From positions 32,001-96,000 of IMG/VR virus record IMGVR_UViG_3300023275_000004: DNA of 64,000 nt. The stretch is one strand, 5' to 3'. The notes under the pieces are model-generated. The model was not told where the DNA came from and ran no database searches. It worked only from the letters and a program-made list of their open reading frames with translations. This DNA comes from a virus. Lineage: Duplodnaviria > Caudoviricetes. Shown here piece after piece: positions 18,250 to 28,500 of this stretch (its first letter is position 1; every line of letters starts with the position of its first letter). The position numbers and the translations under genes were made by a program.

Positions 18250-18568
18250 CTAAATAAATTACCTCTCTAGCTACAGCAAGGGCATAGTAGAAATTTTGCG
18301 CAGTTACAACTTTAGCACCACCAAGTTGATTGATCTTTGAATCTGGATCTCTACGCTCTTCAGCTTCCCAGATCTTATAGTGCTGATCTAACATCTCAGC
18401 TTTATCCCTTAACCAATCAGCTAGGGATACCGAAACTCTCAAATTAGCAATTGCTCTTTTGCCAGGGCGCAAAGAAATATCCTGCTCCAGGATATTTGCT
18501 GCCTTGTTGAGAATCTTAGCCTGCTCACAATAATCTTTAGCGGGCTCGTTAGCTTCACTCATGACCAT
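18152..18568 (-). CDS. Hypothetical protein
   Basis: ORF in operon; overlaps the next gene. Confidence 0.55.
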   Translation of the reverse strand: MVMSEANEPAKDYCEQAKILNKAANILEQDISLRPGKRAIANLRVSVSLADWLRDKAEMLDQHYKIWEAEERRDPDSKINQLGGAKVVTAQNFYYALAVAREVIYLDEQRDVRKSLHKNPLSKIFRRSGNRTGEGNQS

Positions 18569-18785
18569 ACCTATCTCTTAACACTGCTTGAGTATTTTCT
18601 GGTAAATCGGCCAAGGTAACCACATTAAGCGCTAAAGATATCCCCATACCTAGACCATCAATAGCTTTGACAGCTTCAGGATGGAGACCTTCCATAGTCA
18701 TTACTTCAACCATCAGGCGCATCAAGTCCTGAACATTCACGTATAACTGGCCGTCAAGGTCAGCTTTTCTAAGATTAGATGACAT
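18555..18785 (-). CDS. Hypothetical protein
   Basis: GGAGG RBS. Confidence 0.65.
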   Translation of the reverse strand: MSSNLRKADLDGQLYVNVQDLMRLMVEVMTMEGLHPEAVKAIDGLGMGISLALNVVTLADLPENTQAVLRDRYGHE

Positions 18786-18842
18786 ATTTTCCCTCCCTAT
18801 ACAAGTTTAGCCGGTAAGTTGGATCTCTCCTAACTTACCGGC

Positions 18843-19157
18843 CTAGTTCTCTAGGGACTTGAATACCCTAGCCAACACTGTCTTTTGTTCTTTAAGCGCT
18901 GCAAGGACAACACGATGATGACCGTCCTCAAGATAAAAATCATTATTCCAAATAATAACATGAGGAAAAGCGTCCTTGGAATATGAAAGAGCGTTACTAA
19001 ATAATGGATCTATAAATACGCCACGTTGGGTAAGTACTAAGTCTTTCAACACTACTTTTTGAATAGGAATGGCAAGCCATAGCTTTGAAGTTAGCCCAGA
19101 TACAGGATAAGGACGTTCATCAATAAATCCTTTAAAAGGTAGGTAGTCGGTAGCCAT
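18843..19157 (-). CDS. ParB/Srx-like small protein
   Basis: PHVIIW...YLEDGHHRV. Confidence 0.7.
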   Translation of the reverse strand: MATDYLPFKGFIDERPYPVSGLTSKLWLAIPIQKVVLKDLVLTQRGVFIDPLFSNALSYSKDAFPHVIIWNNDFYLEDGHHRVVLAALKEQKTVLARVFKSLEN

Positions 19158-19176
19158 GACTTTTCCAAAACCTTTC

Positions 19177-19264
19177 TGGCGGTGTCTACAGGATTTGAAC
19201 CTGTGGAAGTTTTACCTTCTCTGGTTTAGCAAACCAGTGCAATAGACCACTCTGCCAAGACACC
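19177..19264 (-). tRNA. tRNA-Ser(GCT), CCA encoded
   Basis: Cloverleaf, loop TTGCTAA, long variable arm. Confidence 0.9.
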
Positions 19265-19290
19265 AAACGGGCAACTATCTGCCCTAAAAC

Positions 19291-19707
19291 TTAGAACGTA
19301 CTGTAATTACAAGATACGCTCTCTGCTGGACCATCTTTATCGAGTACCCTGCCATCAATATCGGTGATCCTGCAAGTCAAATCCTGTCCATCCTTAGTTG
19401 AGGAGGCAGTAATTTTTGTGGAGCTAGAAAGGTAGTACTTGCTGAACGGAAGCTCAACAAAACCTTCCTTCTTATCATCTTCATTAACTGAGTACATAGA
19501 AATCTGTGCTGAAATTCCTGTACCTTCAAGCTCTATGTGCATTTGAATTCTATCTACTGGCTCATTTGGTCTCTCATGTCTACTACCCACAGTCCCATAC
19601 GCTATATAAATATACCCTAGCGCTAGAACAAAGAGAGTTGCCATGATCAGAACGAAATTCTTCCTCAACTTAATCCTTTCTAAATTGTGCAACAGCTGAG
19701 TTAGCAA
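19291..19707 (-). CDS. Membrane-anchored protein (MmpS-like architecture)
   Basis: TM helix; C-terminal LTCRI..DG.V.......VSC; start uncertain. Confidence 0.55.
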   Translation of the reverse strand: MLTQLLHNLERIKLRKNFVLIMATLFVLALGYIYIAYGTVGSRHERPNEPVDRIQMHIELEGTGISAQISMYSVNEDDKKEGFVELPFSKYYLSSSTKITASSTKDGQDLTCRITDIDGRVLDKDGPAESVSCNYSTF

Positions 19708-19909
19708 ACATCATGGCAATCTGAAGATGCTTGATAGCTTCTACTTTTTCATCACAATCAGGAAGCTTCTGCTGCCACTCATAAGCAAGATCACCAATAG
19801 TTTCTCGTACAGACTCATGACTAAGCACTTGAGCCAGACTTGTAGGACGATGGTATCTGAACTTATTAGCTACTCGCTCAAGCTCGGCAGGATCATATCG
19901 GCTTTCCAT
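19670..19909 (-). CDS. Acb2/Tad1-like small protein (tentative)
   Basis: FRYH.P...Q...H..VR..........P...EK..A...LQ.AMMFANSAVA pattern. Confidence 0.55.
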   Translation of the reverse strand: MESRYDPAELERVANKFRYHRPTSLAQVLSHESVRETIGDLAYEWQQKLPDCDEKVEAIKHLQIAMMFANSAVAQFRKD

Positions 19910-20123
19910 TTAGCCTCCTCAGAAAAAAACAAGGGCGATAACTACAACTACACTCAAAATAGAAATAAGAATTAGTTTCTTGTTATACTGACGCTGAGGC
20001 TTAGTTCCATGATATTGGTGCCAAGCATCCCTAGCATATTTTTGCTGTGCTTTTCTATCTAGATAGCGTCGCCACCAAGGATAATCCTTAGACATAGGCA
20101 CTCCTTATTTAGTTTTTATAGAG

Positions 20124-20211
20124 CGGAAGAGGTAGGACTCGAACCCACACGGGTGTTACCCCCAACAGTTTTCAAGACTGCGACCCATAGACCGACTTGG
20201 CTTACTCTTCC
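20124..20211 (-). tRNA. tRNA-Ser(TGA)
   Basis: Loop CTTGAAA, long variable arm. Confidence 0.9.
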
Positions 20212-20883
20212 AGCGCTGTTTTTGATATACGGAATGGAACAGCAAAACCATCCCTGAGTACTACGATCTTCCGCTAGTCCCTCTACGCCTGCCTAGTAGA
20301 CGCCTGCGCTCAACCTCACCAGCAGTAGCCGAATAAAGATAGTCAGGATACTTGCGCTGAACCCTAGAAACTCTCGTCTCTGGAGTAGGGTTACTGGCAA
20401 AAGCCCTCTTTATTGCTCTGATAACCCAGCTAGGACGTTTGTCTGCCATCATCGCACCGCCGCGTAAATAATTCCTGCAACGCCAAGAACGGCGATAAGC
20501 AGAAGTCCAATAAGGATCGCCCCAATTAGACCATACACGTTCATACTACGCTTAGCCATAATTTCTCCTAGTTAAGAAAGATCGAGAGAATGTTCATCAC
20601 AATTACCAGCAAAATCAAAGTACCATACACTACTCCGACTGCGATAAATAAATGCTTTAGTTTAAAATTACGATCTCTTGACATCTATTCCTCCATTTGC
20701 TGTCGCGGACCCTCTACATAATAGAAAGGAATAAAATACTTTGTCAAGGGTTCGTCGGTAGTTTGATTTTATCGATTGAACTCATCAAGACTGGAGGTTT
20801 CGCACCAAAGAGTGCCTGAAGGAAGCCAACTTTGGTACCAGGTTTTAACTAATGTAGATTTATAATTTTCAATATCTTTCACG

Positions 20884-20958
20884 TACTCCATGTCAGATTT
20901 GAACTGACTCTCACGAATTTATAAGATTCGCCCGTTTACCAGAGATCGGCTATGGAGC
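20884..20958 (-). tRNA. tRNA-Ile(TAT)
   Basis: CGAAT-CTTATAA-ATTCG. Confidence 0.8.
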
Positions 20959-21024
20959 ATAGCCCCCGTTTGCGCTGGATATCACAAGCGACTTATAACC
21001 CGCACGGAGACAAACACGGGATTT

Positions 21025-21161
21025 AGAGTGTGAAGAGAATTGAACTCTTCCAGCGGACTTGCGCAAGTCCTTTTTTCCACCAAGATTTTATTATGCGGAG
21101 TCGAACCGCACTCCCGTCCAGGAAAATGTTGGAATCGAACCAACGACTGCCATTTACACCC
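21025..21161 (-). ncRNA. tRNA-like RNA with three T-arms
   Basis: GGGTGT/ACACTC closing stem; three stem-TTC(G/A)ANT-stem units. Confidence 0.7.
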
Positions 21162-21167
21162 TTAACG

Positions 21168-21243
21168 TCCTCGCACTAGGATTTGAACCTAGGACCTCTC
21201 GTTTATCAGACGAGTGCTCTAAACCTGACCGAGCTATACGAGG
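21168..21243 (-). tRNA. tRNA-Ile(GAT)
   Basis: CTCGT-CTGATAA-ACGAG. Confidence 0.92.
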
Positions 21244-21258
21244 TTGAAATTTAATACG

Positions 21259-21336
21259 TCTGACAAGGAGGAATCGAACCCCCGCCCTCTTGAAGAAACA
21301 CACCTCAAGCGCTCTCACCGCTAGAGCTATTGTCAG
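21259..21336 (-). ncRNA. Atypical tRNA with 7-bp anticodon stem; anticodon undetermined
   Basis: Perfect acceptor and D arm, canonical T-loop; CTTGAGG-TGTGTTT-CTTCAAG. Confidence 0.75.
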
Positions 21337-21444
21337 CCAGAGAAGGCCGCTGAATCTCCGTCTCCCACCAATTAGCTAGCTTCGGTCAGTAAGTCAGTAA
21401 CCCCTACTGTGGACCTAATGCTACCTAATGGATGTTTATTCACG

Positions 21445-21527
21445 TGTACCAGGAGGGAGTCGAACCCCCGAACCCGAAGGAATGGTTTTACAGACCACCG
21501 CAACTAACCGACAGTTGCCTCTGATAC
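21445..21527 (-). tRNA. tRNA-Tyr(GTA)
   Basis: Loop CTGTAAA, variable arm. Confidence 0.88.
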
Positions 21528-22033
21528 ATGAAGGATCTTTTTAGTTATTTAGCTGGCAGCCAATCCTTCAACCTCTGCCGCGCCTCTTACGCTTTAAATA
21601 TTACTACCTGCTTGGTGTGTTGTCAAGTCCTAGGTTGTGGCAGCTACGTAAATCGAGTAGACAATATAGCCTACCAGCAGCAGTAGGAACAACACAACGC
21701 CAATTTCTAGCAAGTTGGTGATGAATTTTCTCATACTATCACCCAAACATTATAACTGCAAGGATGATTGCTAGGACTATAAACCCACCAAGAATAACAG
21801 ATGCCTTGGTATACGGGGAAGAGCCTTTCTGTCTGTGTCTAGCCATAAGTTTAACTCCCTCTGTATTATGTGGTCTAAGCCTAGCACTTGATTACTAGGC
21901 TGTCAACCTCTCACCAGAAGTCGCCTGAGCTAATATCCAGGCCACAACATATAACGATAATCAAAAAAACCACTACTACCGCTACCACAATAGCGGGGAA
22001 AGAGATCTTTACTTTAGTCTTCAAGTTTTCCTC

Positions 22034-23224
22034 CTATAAGCTGTAACCTGTAAGACTTCCTAGAAGCATTTGCTGGACAACGCCGACCAGCCCTGCCTCT
22101 TCATTTTGGAGAAGAATAGGACTCTTACGACTCTTAACATCTTCTCCGAGCATGAACTTACAGGTATCTACTTCATTCACTGCTAACAATTCTAGCAGAT
22201 ACCCATGGTGAACTGTCAAGGTGCGACTTTTGCCCTTCCAGCCCGCCTCTATGATTTCCTTAGACTTGTTGCCTAGTTGGTCACGGGTAGAAACCTCTAT
22301 CGAGTCCTTAGACAGCTTGAGAGCGATAGCGCTAGTGTCCTCATCTGCGCACAGCCTCACATGCTTGATGGCTGCGATCAGCTTAGACCTGCTAACAGTA
22401 AGTTCCAGATCGTTAGCAAGTGCGGGCCTCAAAAAAAGCTGCTCAGCGTGAGGAAATTTCGCCTTAGCTTTTTCCACCAGCAGCAAAGTCTTGTCAACCT
22501 TGAACACCAGTTCATTTTCTGTCTCAGCTACTACAAGATCGTCTGAGACAGAGGCACCTACAATCTTGGAAATCAAATCAATGGAGCCCCCAGGAATCTG
22601 CATAGCCGGAGCCTTAACTACCGCCTGCTGAAACCTAGCTCCATCACAAGCTGTCATCTTGTTCTGACTAAGATTGATCATCTTTAGTCCCGGTCGAGCA
22701 CTGTCCTTGGCCACGGCATACTTAACAGAGTAAAGACCATTCAAGAAATTTTTGCGATCGATAACTACCGGCTTTGTTCCAACAAGGCTAGGAGTTTGAG
22801 GAAACTTTAAACCCTGCATACTTCTCAGCTCCCAAGAAGCTCCGCCGATCACAACAATGATAGAACTTCCCGTAACTTCAATGTCTACCTTGGCCTCAGG
22901 CACGCTGCGCAGGATCTCTAGGATAATTTTTGCAGGAATCATCATGGTTCCATTAGCAAGAGGCTCAAACATTTTGGTCGAAACGATCATTGTGTGATTG
23001 CCGTCCGTACCAGTGATTTTCAGTGTTTCACCAACTTCAATCTTGAAATTAAGGATCACTGAACTATCAGACTTAACGGGAATTACCGCAGAAACTTTAT
23101 CCAGCAAGGCTAAAAGTACCTGCTTGTTTGCAGTAAATCTAACTGAGTCAAAGTCCTGCTTCTGCTCTGGCTCGTAGGCTACTGCTGTCTTATTGGACTC
23201 CAGATACGCAAGAACATCTGTCAT
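22034..23224 (-). CDS. dnaN: DNA polymerase III beta sliding clamp
   Basis: Three-domain clamp pattern: ITGTD, AVAKDSARP.L, TACDG.R, KFP. Confidence 0.85.
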   Translation of the reverse strand: MTDVLAYLESNKTAVAYEPEQKQDFDSVRFTANKQVLLALLDKVSAVIPVKSDSSVILNFKIEVGETLKITGTDGNHTMIVSTKMFEPLANGTMMIPAKIILEILRSVPEAKVDIEVTGSSIIVVIGGASWELRSMQGLKFPQTPSLVGTKPVVIDRKNFLNGLYSVKYAVAKDSARPGLKMINLSQNKMTACDGARFQQAVVKAPAMQIPGGSIDLISKIVGASVSDDLVVAETENELVFKVDKTLLLVEKAKAKFPHAEQLFLRPALANDLELTVSRSKLIAAIKHVRLCADEDTSAIALKLSKDSIEVSTRDQLGNKSKEIIEAGWKGKSRTLTVHHGYLLELLAVNEVDTCKFMLGEDVKSRKSPILLQNEEAGLVGVVQQMLLGSLTGYSL

Positions 23225-23475
23225 GGCCTACCCTCAAACATATCTAGCAGTTCTTGTATTTGAACAGTCTTGTCAGCTAACCTTACTTCCATTTCAGCTA
23301 GCAAGGCTAAAGCTTCTTCCTTAGTTGTAACTTTGTACTGAGTCTTTAAAATTTCTTTTGCATTAGCTACATCAGCCCTAGCAACCTCAGCCTTATGTTC
23401 AGCCATAAGCTTAGCCTTAGCTGCTGCCTGCTCTCTGGCCTTCAAGGCTTGAATTTCCTGATTAATGTCTGACAT
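23221..23475 (-). CDS. Small coiled-coil protein (84 aa; start MSDINQ)
   Basis: GAGGAG RBS; heptads. Confidence 0.7.
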   Translation of the reverse strand: MSDINQEIQALKAREQAAAKAKLMAEHKAEVARADVANAKEILKTQYKVTTKEEALALLAEMEVRLADKTVQIQELLDMFEGRP

Positions 23476-23485
23476 TATTTTCTCC

Positions 23486-24316
23486 TCAAATAAGGCCGGG
23501 CATCCCCAGGCCCACAAGGTTAGGCTTCTTATACTTTTCACAAGCATGCTTTACCTGGCACCAACTACAACCAGCTACGTCATCTTTTGGGCTATGATCT
23601 TCCGTCCAAACCGCACGAAGCATGGTCATAATACGAGCTAGCATTGCTCGCCTGTCGTCATTAGTGAAGTTGAACTCTAAGACTTGCTGATCACACATAG
23701 GCTGAATAAGTCCAGACTTCACTGGTGATTCACCCATCATAGCGTAGACAGCTAGGTCGTAAAAAACCAGTTGCCCTAGAGTCTTCTTCCAATAGTTGTT
23801 ATCTGCTGTAGCCTTAAGATCCCAGACGTTGTAATGGCTGTTTTCTCGTACTAGCAGGTCGAATTCTCCAGTAAGGAAAATTTCTGTTGGCTCGTTATTG
23901 ATTCCTGGCAACGTCATGGGAATCTTGAAGCGCTTAGCTGGCTCGTAGTCAAAGGGCACTACTAGTCTGAATAGAATTGGCTCCAATTTTTTTGTCAGAG
24001 TTATGCAGAACTCTCGAAGATCTGCCTTATCAGTCTTGTGCTTCCACTTAACAATTCCGTCACCAGTCTCCAGCGCCTCACGCTCGCAGCTCTCCATGTA
24101 GTCATCAACCATCTGAGGCATGATGCCAGGCTGAGGATCATCTAACCAATTACGCATGATACGGTCAACAACAGTTCCATGAAAAAAGTTTCTACTGTCT
24201 TTAACAGGACTAGATTTGCGTTGACTAATCAACCAGCCCTTTTGCTTACACATTTCCCAATTTTGAAGGCTGCTCCACGATACTCTAAACGGCTCCATAG
24301 TCTTTAATTCACTCAT
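23486..24316 (-). CDS. PD-(D/E)XK RecB/Cas4-like exonuclease
   Basis: SWSSL..WEMC, GEFDLL, WDLK, QLVFY, CSWC.....C. Confidence 0.85.
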   Translation of the reverse strand: MSELKTMEPFRVSWSSLQNWEMCKQKGWLISQRKSSPVKDSRNFFHGTVVDRIMRNWLDDPQPGIMPQMVDDYMESCEREALETGDGIVKWKHKTDKADLREFCITLTKKLEPILFRLVVPFDYEPAKRFKIPMTLPGINNEPTEIFLTGEFDLLVRENSHYNVWDLKATADNNYWKKTLGQLVFYDLAVYAMMGESPVKSGLIQPMCDQQVLEFNFTNDDRRAMLARIMTMLRAVWTEDHSPKDDVAGCSWCQVKHACEKYKKPNLVGLGMPGLI

Positions 24317-24393
24317 AAAAAATCATCCTAGCTTCTCTAGTTGGCTTACCTATATTACCAGGCGAGCGAACCTCGGGAGAAGCTAGGATGATT

Positions 24394-24855
24394 TTAACCA
24401 GAATACGGTTTGCCTAATTTAGAGAGTGCTGCTAAGAGCTTTTTTTGTGAGTCTCCGCCCATTTTAAACTCTATGTGAGAGTGAGTTTCTGCTTGTGACC
24501 ACTGTTTTTCCTCGTCAGTCATTTGTCCGGGAATTTTTCCTTTGCTGTTATAGATGAATGACTTTTCGCCAGGGATCTTTTTCAGCGGAATAGCTTGATC
24601 TTCTTGCCATGCCACCTCTTCCCAATCATCTTCAAACACTAGCTCTATTAGATACCTATCAAAAGCTTTATTAAGGATGTAGTAGCTCCAAGCTTTAGTA
24701 CCATAATAGATCTTAGTTGAACCTTTAGGAAAACTGAACTCGTCAGTCTTAATGAAGCCCTTTGTTCTCGTAAAACTCGCTGTAAAAGTCTTCCCGACCC
24801 CCGGCCTTAGTATCTGTATATCCGAGTCTCTAACTAACCTAACTTTGTGTACCAT
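24394..24855 (-). CDS. Hypothetical protein
   Basis: 153 aa ORF with RBS. Confidence 0.65.
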   Translation of the reverse strand: MVHKVRLVRDSDIQILRPGVGKTFTASFTRTKGFIKTDEFSFPKGSTKIYYGTKAWSYYILNKAFDRYLIELVFEDDWEEVAWQEDQAIPLKKIPGEKSFIYNSKGKIPGQMTDEEKQWSQAETHSHIEFKMGGDSQKKLLAALSKLGKPYSG

Positions 24856-24872
24856 GTCGCTCCCCTCTCTAG

Positions 24873-25862
24873 CTACAGAGTACTACAAACAGCTTCAGAT
24901 AACAAGGACTCAACTAGCGCCTCCAAGTCCTTCCCTAATCCTAGTGTTTTTACATGATCCATAACAGCTTCTAAGCTAGTAATTTCTACGGTCGTTTGTC
25001 CAATCGAAGCAAGGAACGAATCAAGCTCTGCTTGTACGGTCTTGACTTCACCAATTTCTTGAAGACGAAAAACCTGTGTTGCTGGCTTAGCATCCAATGG
25101 TATGAACTCAAATTCACCAGTAGTGGAGTCCCATAATGTAACTCCAACTTGCCGAGTAAGATGGGATTCTGTAAGACTTCCTCGGGAGAGTGCACCATTA
25201 TTGCAGAATCGTACTCCGCCAACATTATATGTTCCATGCGGATCGTGGATATGCCCATAATACACAGAACCATGTCGACCCATGTGTAGCGCAAATTTCT
25301 CGGGATAGTAGACCTCTGCATTTTCATACTTCGGCTCCTTGCCAGGAGGATAGAAGGGTGCGTGCGTGATAACTAGCGCAGGAACACTACCATCATACAA
25401 GTCTTGCCATTGTGCCAGAGCTTTAGAGACCTCTGCTTCTTGTACGCTCTCGTCAGGATTATCCCAGTCCTGTAACCAGGGTACGCCATAGATAGGTAAG
25501 CCTTCTGCCCAGCCCTGAAGCATTCTAACGGACTTTGAACGGATGACTGCCCCTAGTGGTTGGCCCTCGTGTAGTGAGGCTAGACGATCGTTTGACAGAT
25601 CATGGTTACCAGGTACTACCCACACAGGACAGGGAGCGTTAGAAGCCCAGTCAATCGAACGAATAACTAATTTATAAGAATTTCTGCTAGGCATCTTGAT
25701 ATGAAACCAGTCGCCAGCCTGAATAATCCCCTCACAGTTATTCTTCTTAGCAACAGCACTGGCTTGATCAAGTAAATCAAATAGATCTTCAAGATACTCG
25801 TCAGTGCAGGACGATGGAGGACGATCAGCAAGGTGAACATCTCCAATAAGCAAAAATTTCAC
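24873..25862 (-). CDS. SbcD/Mre11-like metallophosphoesterase nuclease
   Basis: GDVH, GDWF, GNHD, GHIH, GAL.R motifs. Confidence 0.88.
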   Translation of the reverse strand: MKFLLIGDVHLADRPPSSCTDEYLEDLFDLLDQASAVAKKNNCEGIIQAGDWFHIKMPSRNSYKLVIRSIDWASNAPCPVWVVPGNHDLSNDRLASLHEGQPLGAVIRSKSVRMLQGWAEGLPIYGVPWLQDWDNPDESVQEAEVSKALAQWQDLYDGSVPALVITHAPFYPPGKEPKYENAEVYYPEKFALHMGRHGSVYYGHIHDPHGTYNVGGVRFCNNGALSRGSLTESHLTRQVGVTLWDSTTGEFEFIPLDAKPATQVFRLQEIGEVKTVQAELDSFLASIGQTTVEITSLEAVMDHVKTLGLGKDLEALVESLLSEAVCSTL

Positions 25863-26101
25863 TTGTGCTCCTGATAAGTAGCTGGCAGGTTTTCTAATTG
25901 AGGATCATTAGACCATAAATTTGCATTAACGCCTTGCATTAATCCTATCCAAATAAAAAGGAAGGCAAGTAGACCAAGTAACAGCCTTGGTCCAACTTTA
26001 GGATCTTTAATAAATTCAATAAATAAACGTAACCAACTCATAGTTCCTCCAAAATGAAAGTAGGGAGAGCCTTTTGACTCTCCCTACTAGCTTAACATCT
26101 T

Positions 26102-26368
26102 CTAGCCGTCAACGAACTCTGTCAAGTCCGTGATCAGGTTACGAGCCTCGGTGCGCGAGATTGGAAGGTTACTGATCATCGAGTTGCCCAAGCTAGCACA
26201 CTGTGCGTGAATTCTGATGATCTCGGAAGTCTCATATTGCTGCTTAACATTAGCAAGCAGAGCATGTGCAGAATCCCAATTCAGTAGGACAGTAGTGCTG
26301 CCAGCCTCAAGAAGAAATACTTGCTGAGTACGAAGCTTAAGAGTAGTTGACATTAGACGTAGCTCCAC
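26102..26368 (-). CDS. Hypothetical protein
   Basis: ORF in operon; terminator downstream. Confidence 0.6.
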   Translation of the reverse strand: MELRLMSTTLKLRTQQVFLLEAGSTTVLLNWDSAHALLANVKQQYETSEIIRIHAQCASLGNSMISNLPISRTEARNLITDLTEFVDG

Positions 26369-26607
26369 TTCTTACGATCGAATCCTGCGGCGATAAGAAA
26401 ATCTGCAATCTCAAGTGCCCGACTGGAAGGCATCTCACGCCAACCATAGGTTACAAAAACTTTCTCGATGGGAGCATCAGCAACTTCTCGAAGCTCTCGG
26501 GCAGAAGTAATTACATAATAATCCTCTCCTGCCTTCCAACCCTGGTCGTTTGCCCACGCATTTACACTGGCATAAGTCCCCACGACAAGAACTCGGACAT
26601 CTGACAT
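26353..26607 (-). CDS. Hypothetical protein
   Basis: GAGGAG RBS. Confidence 0.65.
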   Translation of the reverse strand: MSDVRVLVVGTYASVNAWANDQGWKAGEDYYVITSARELREVADAPIEKVFVTYGWREMPSSRALEIADFLIAAGFDRKKWSYV

Positions 26608-27374
26608 TGCGGCTCCTCTGGATTTAGGAAACTAAAAACTGGAGCTGAAAAATCCTTGAAGGATACAGTTGGCCTGGCTACCCAAGTCATACGTTCCGCC
26701 AAAGCTACTTCCTGCTCACCTGTCTGCTTATGAGTGTACTCGACATCCTCACTATAAGCAACCTTCCCGCTGATCGCTCCCAAAGTCTCACGATCAGAAT
26801 AGTCGTCTTCCCAGCTCAAGCCCGCCTCTTTCAACATCCTACGCTTGTCTGAGAAAGTTTTACCTAACAATTCCTTGTGACTATAAACAGAGTTGGCTGC
26901 TAGAAAGATTGCATTACGAAGAGCATCCATTTGTCTCCACAGCAAATAATTTCTTACTTCCATGGTTGAAGGAACGGTAAAAACTCTAGCATCGAAAACT
27001 GAAATCTCTGAGTCTGCACGAAGCCTGTTCCAGTAAGCTCCTGCATAACTTGCAGCCACTGAAACAATTTTCTGAGTCTTTCCAGCAAACCAGTGCTGGT
27101 GAGTTGGTCTAGATAGATCATGCATGATAATAGAAATTTCATCTGACTGCGTATAACCAAACACTGCTCCGCTGATGTTACTACAAAGATAGTTCATCAG
27201 TAGATCCATATCTAGCATAAGCTGTCTATCAAATGGCTTATCAAGGTTCCTGGTGTACGTATGGAAAGCCTTCCCATCGAGCCGTAGAACAGCCCAGGAG
27301 TTACTAGGTAGGATTGCGCCAGTTGCAGCCTCGTAGGACTTCATACGTACAGCTAGCGGGCTAGGAATAGTCAT
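26562..27374 (-). CDS. tRNA-His guanylyltransferase Thg1-like protein
   Basis: RLDGKAFH, KPFD, YTQSDEIS, FDAR, YLLWRQ.D..RN. Confidence 0.92.
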   Translation of the reverse strand: MTIPSPLAVRMKSYEAATGAILPSNSWAVLRLDGKAFHTYTRNLDKPFDRQLMLDMDLLMNYLCSNISGAVFGYTQSDEISIIMHDLSRPTHQHWFAGKTQKIVSVAASYAGAYWNRLRADSEISVFDARVFTVPSTMEVRNYLLWRQMDALRNAIFLAANSVYSHKELLGKTFSDKRRMLKEAGLSWEDDYSDRETLGAISGKVAYSEDVEYTHKQTGEQEVALAERMTWVARPTVSFKDFSAPVFSFLNPEEPQCQMSEFLSWGLMPV

Positions 27375-27781
27375 CAGGCATCCCTCAGAGCGTTACGAAT
27401 AAGAATAATCGGATCAATGTTACGAGGAGTTTCGACCTTCTCCGGATTAAAAATTTCATCCTCCAGCATAGGATGCTGCTGGATTTTCTGCCAGACCTTG
27501 AAGCTCCACATAAGCCAATCCTCCAAGTCCTTAGCCTTATTTCCATCGAGAACCATAGTTACCGTAGTAACTACGGACTTTTCTACCATCACTGAGCCCA
27601 TAACTTTTTCCTTTTCCAACTCTTCACAATACTCACACGGATAAGCCTGCTTAACATCCCCCAACTTTACTGGACAATCCTTGTGCCCGTACTTGCACCC
27701 ATGATCTTTACAGCAGTGCGTCCTACAAGCATAATGCTTGCTTCTCTGCACCGTTGCTTCAATTGCAGCGTCAGGCCACAT
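27374..27781 (-). CDS. Cys/His-rich hypothetical protein
   Basis: HCC..HGCKYG...CPV......Q.YPCE.C. Confidence 0.65.
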   Translation of the reverse strand: MWPDAAIEATVQRSKHYACRTHCCKDHGCKYGHKDCPVKLGDVKQAYPCEYCEELEKEKVMGSVMVEKSVVTTVTMVLDGNKAKDLEDWLMWSFKVWQKIQQHPMLEDEIFNPEKVETPRNIDPIILIRNALRDA

Positions 27782-27862
27782 GACGGAACTCCTCTCAACG
27801 TAAAACTCCCGTGCTTTCTACTGTACTAGCAGAAAGCACGGGAGTCAAGTAAAACGTTAGGA

Positions 27863-28120
27863 TCAGGTGAAGGCTACTGCCACGATGCCCACGATAAGTA
27901 GGCAGACCAGCGCGCCCTTAAGGAACTGAGAGCGTCGCAGCCAGTAGGCCACAAAAGCAGCCAGGAACAGGATAACGATAATCTTCATCGTGTCGGGTGA
28001 CATGTGAGTGATCCAGTGAGAAAACTTCTCCGCCCAACCCAGACCATCGCTAGATGATGGAGCATGAATGTCAGGCTTCGGAATGTCAACAGTGTAGAAG
28101 CTCAAGGTATTACCTCCCAA
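27863..28120 (-). CDS. Membrane protein
   Basis: Two TM segments; start uncertain. Confidence 0.6.
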   Translation of the reverse strand: MGGNTLSFYTVDIPKPDIHAPSSSDGLGWAEKFSHWITHMSPDTMKIIVILFLAAFVAYWLRRSQFLKGALVCLLIVGIVAVAFT

Positions 28121-28500
28121 ATTTTTGTATCTTCGTAGCTACCATCATAGCGCATGTTGCTGAAATTTACAACATACTCATTAGGTATGATCCAGTTTGG
28201 AAAGATATGTTCTACAGAGGCATAGACATTTTCAGAGACACGAACTACTAGGCCCGGCTCAAGATCAAAAGTATTCACCTCAGTAAAATTTGCCATAATC
28301 AGCGCCTCGGAAGGTGAGGAGCTGTCCAGGTCTTGGACACTCCTGCGCACTTCAGGCCGTTACGGTCTCGCCAGCCTCTACGTGGGATGAAAAACACCTC
28401 AGTGTTGCAGGTCGTGCAGCGAGTGGTGGTCGGGAGCTTGATCAGTGTAGTCTGCATTGCTTCCTCCTCGTTGTTGGCGATGAGTAAAGCTTACACTAGC

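Noticed and set aside
23486-24316. Cas4 as part of a CRISPR system
   Set aside because: Stand-alone RecB-family nuclease in a replication context
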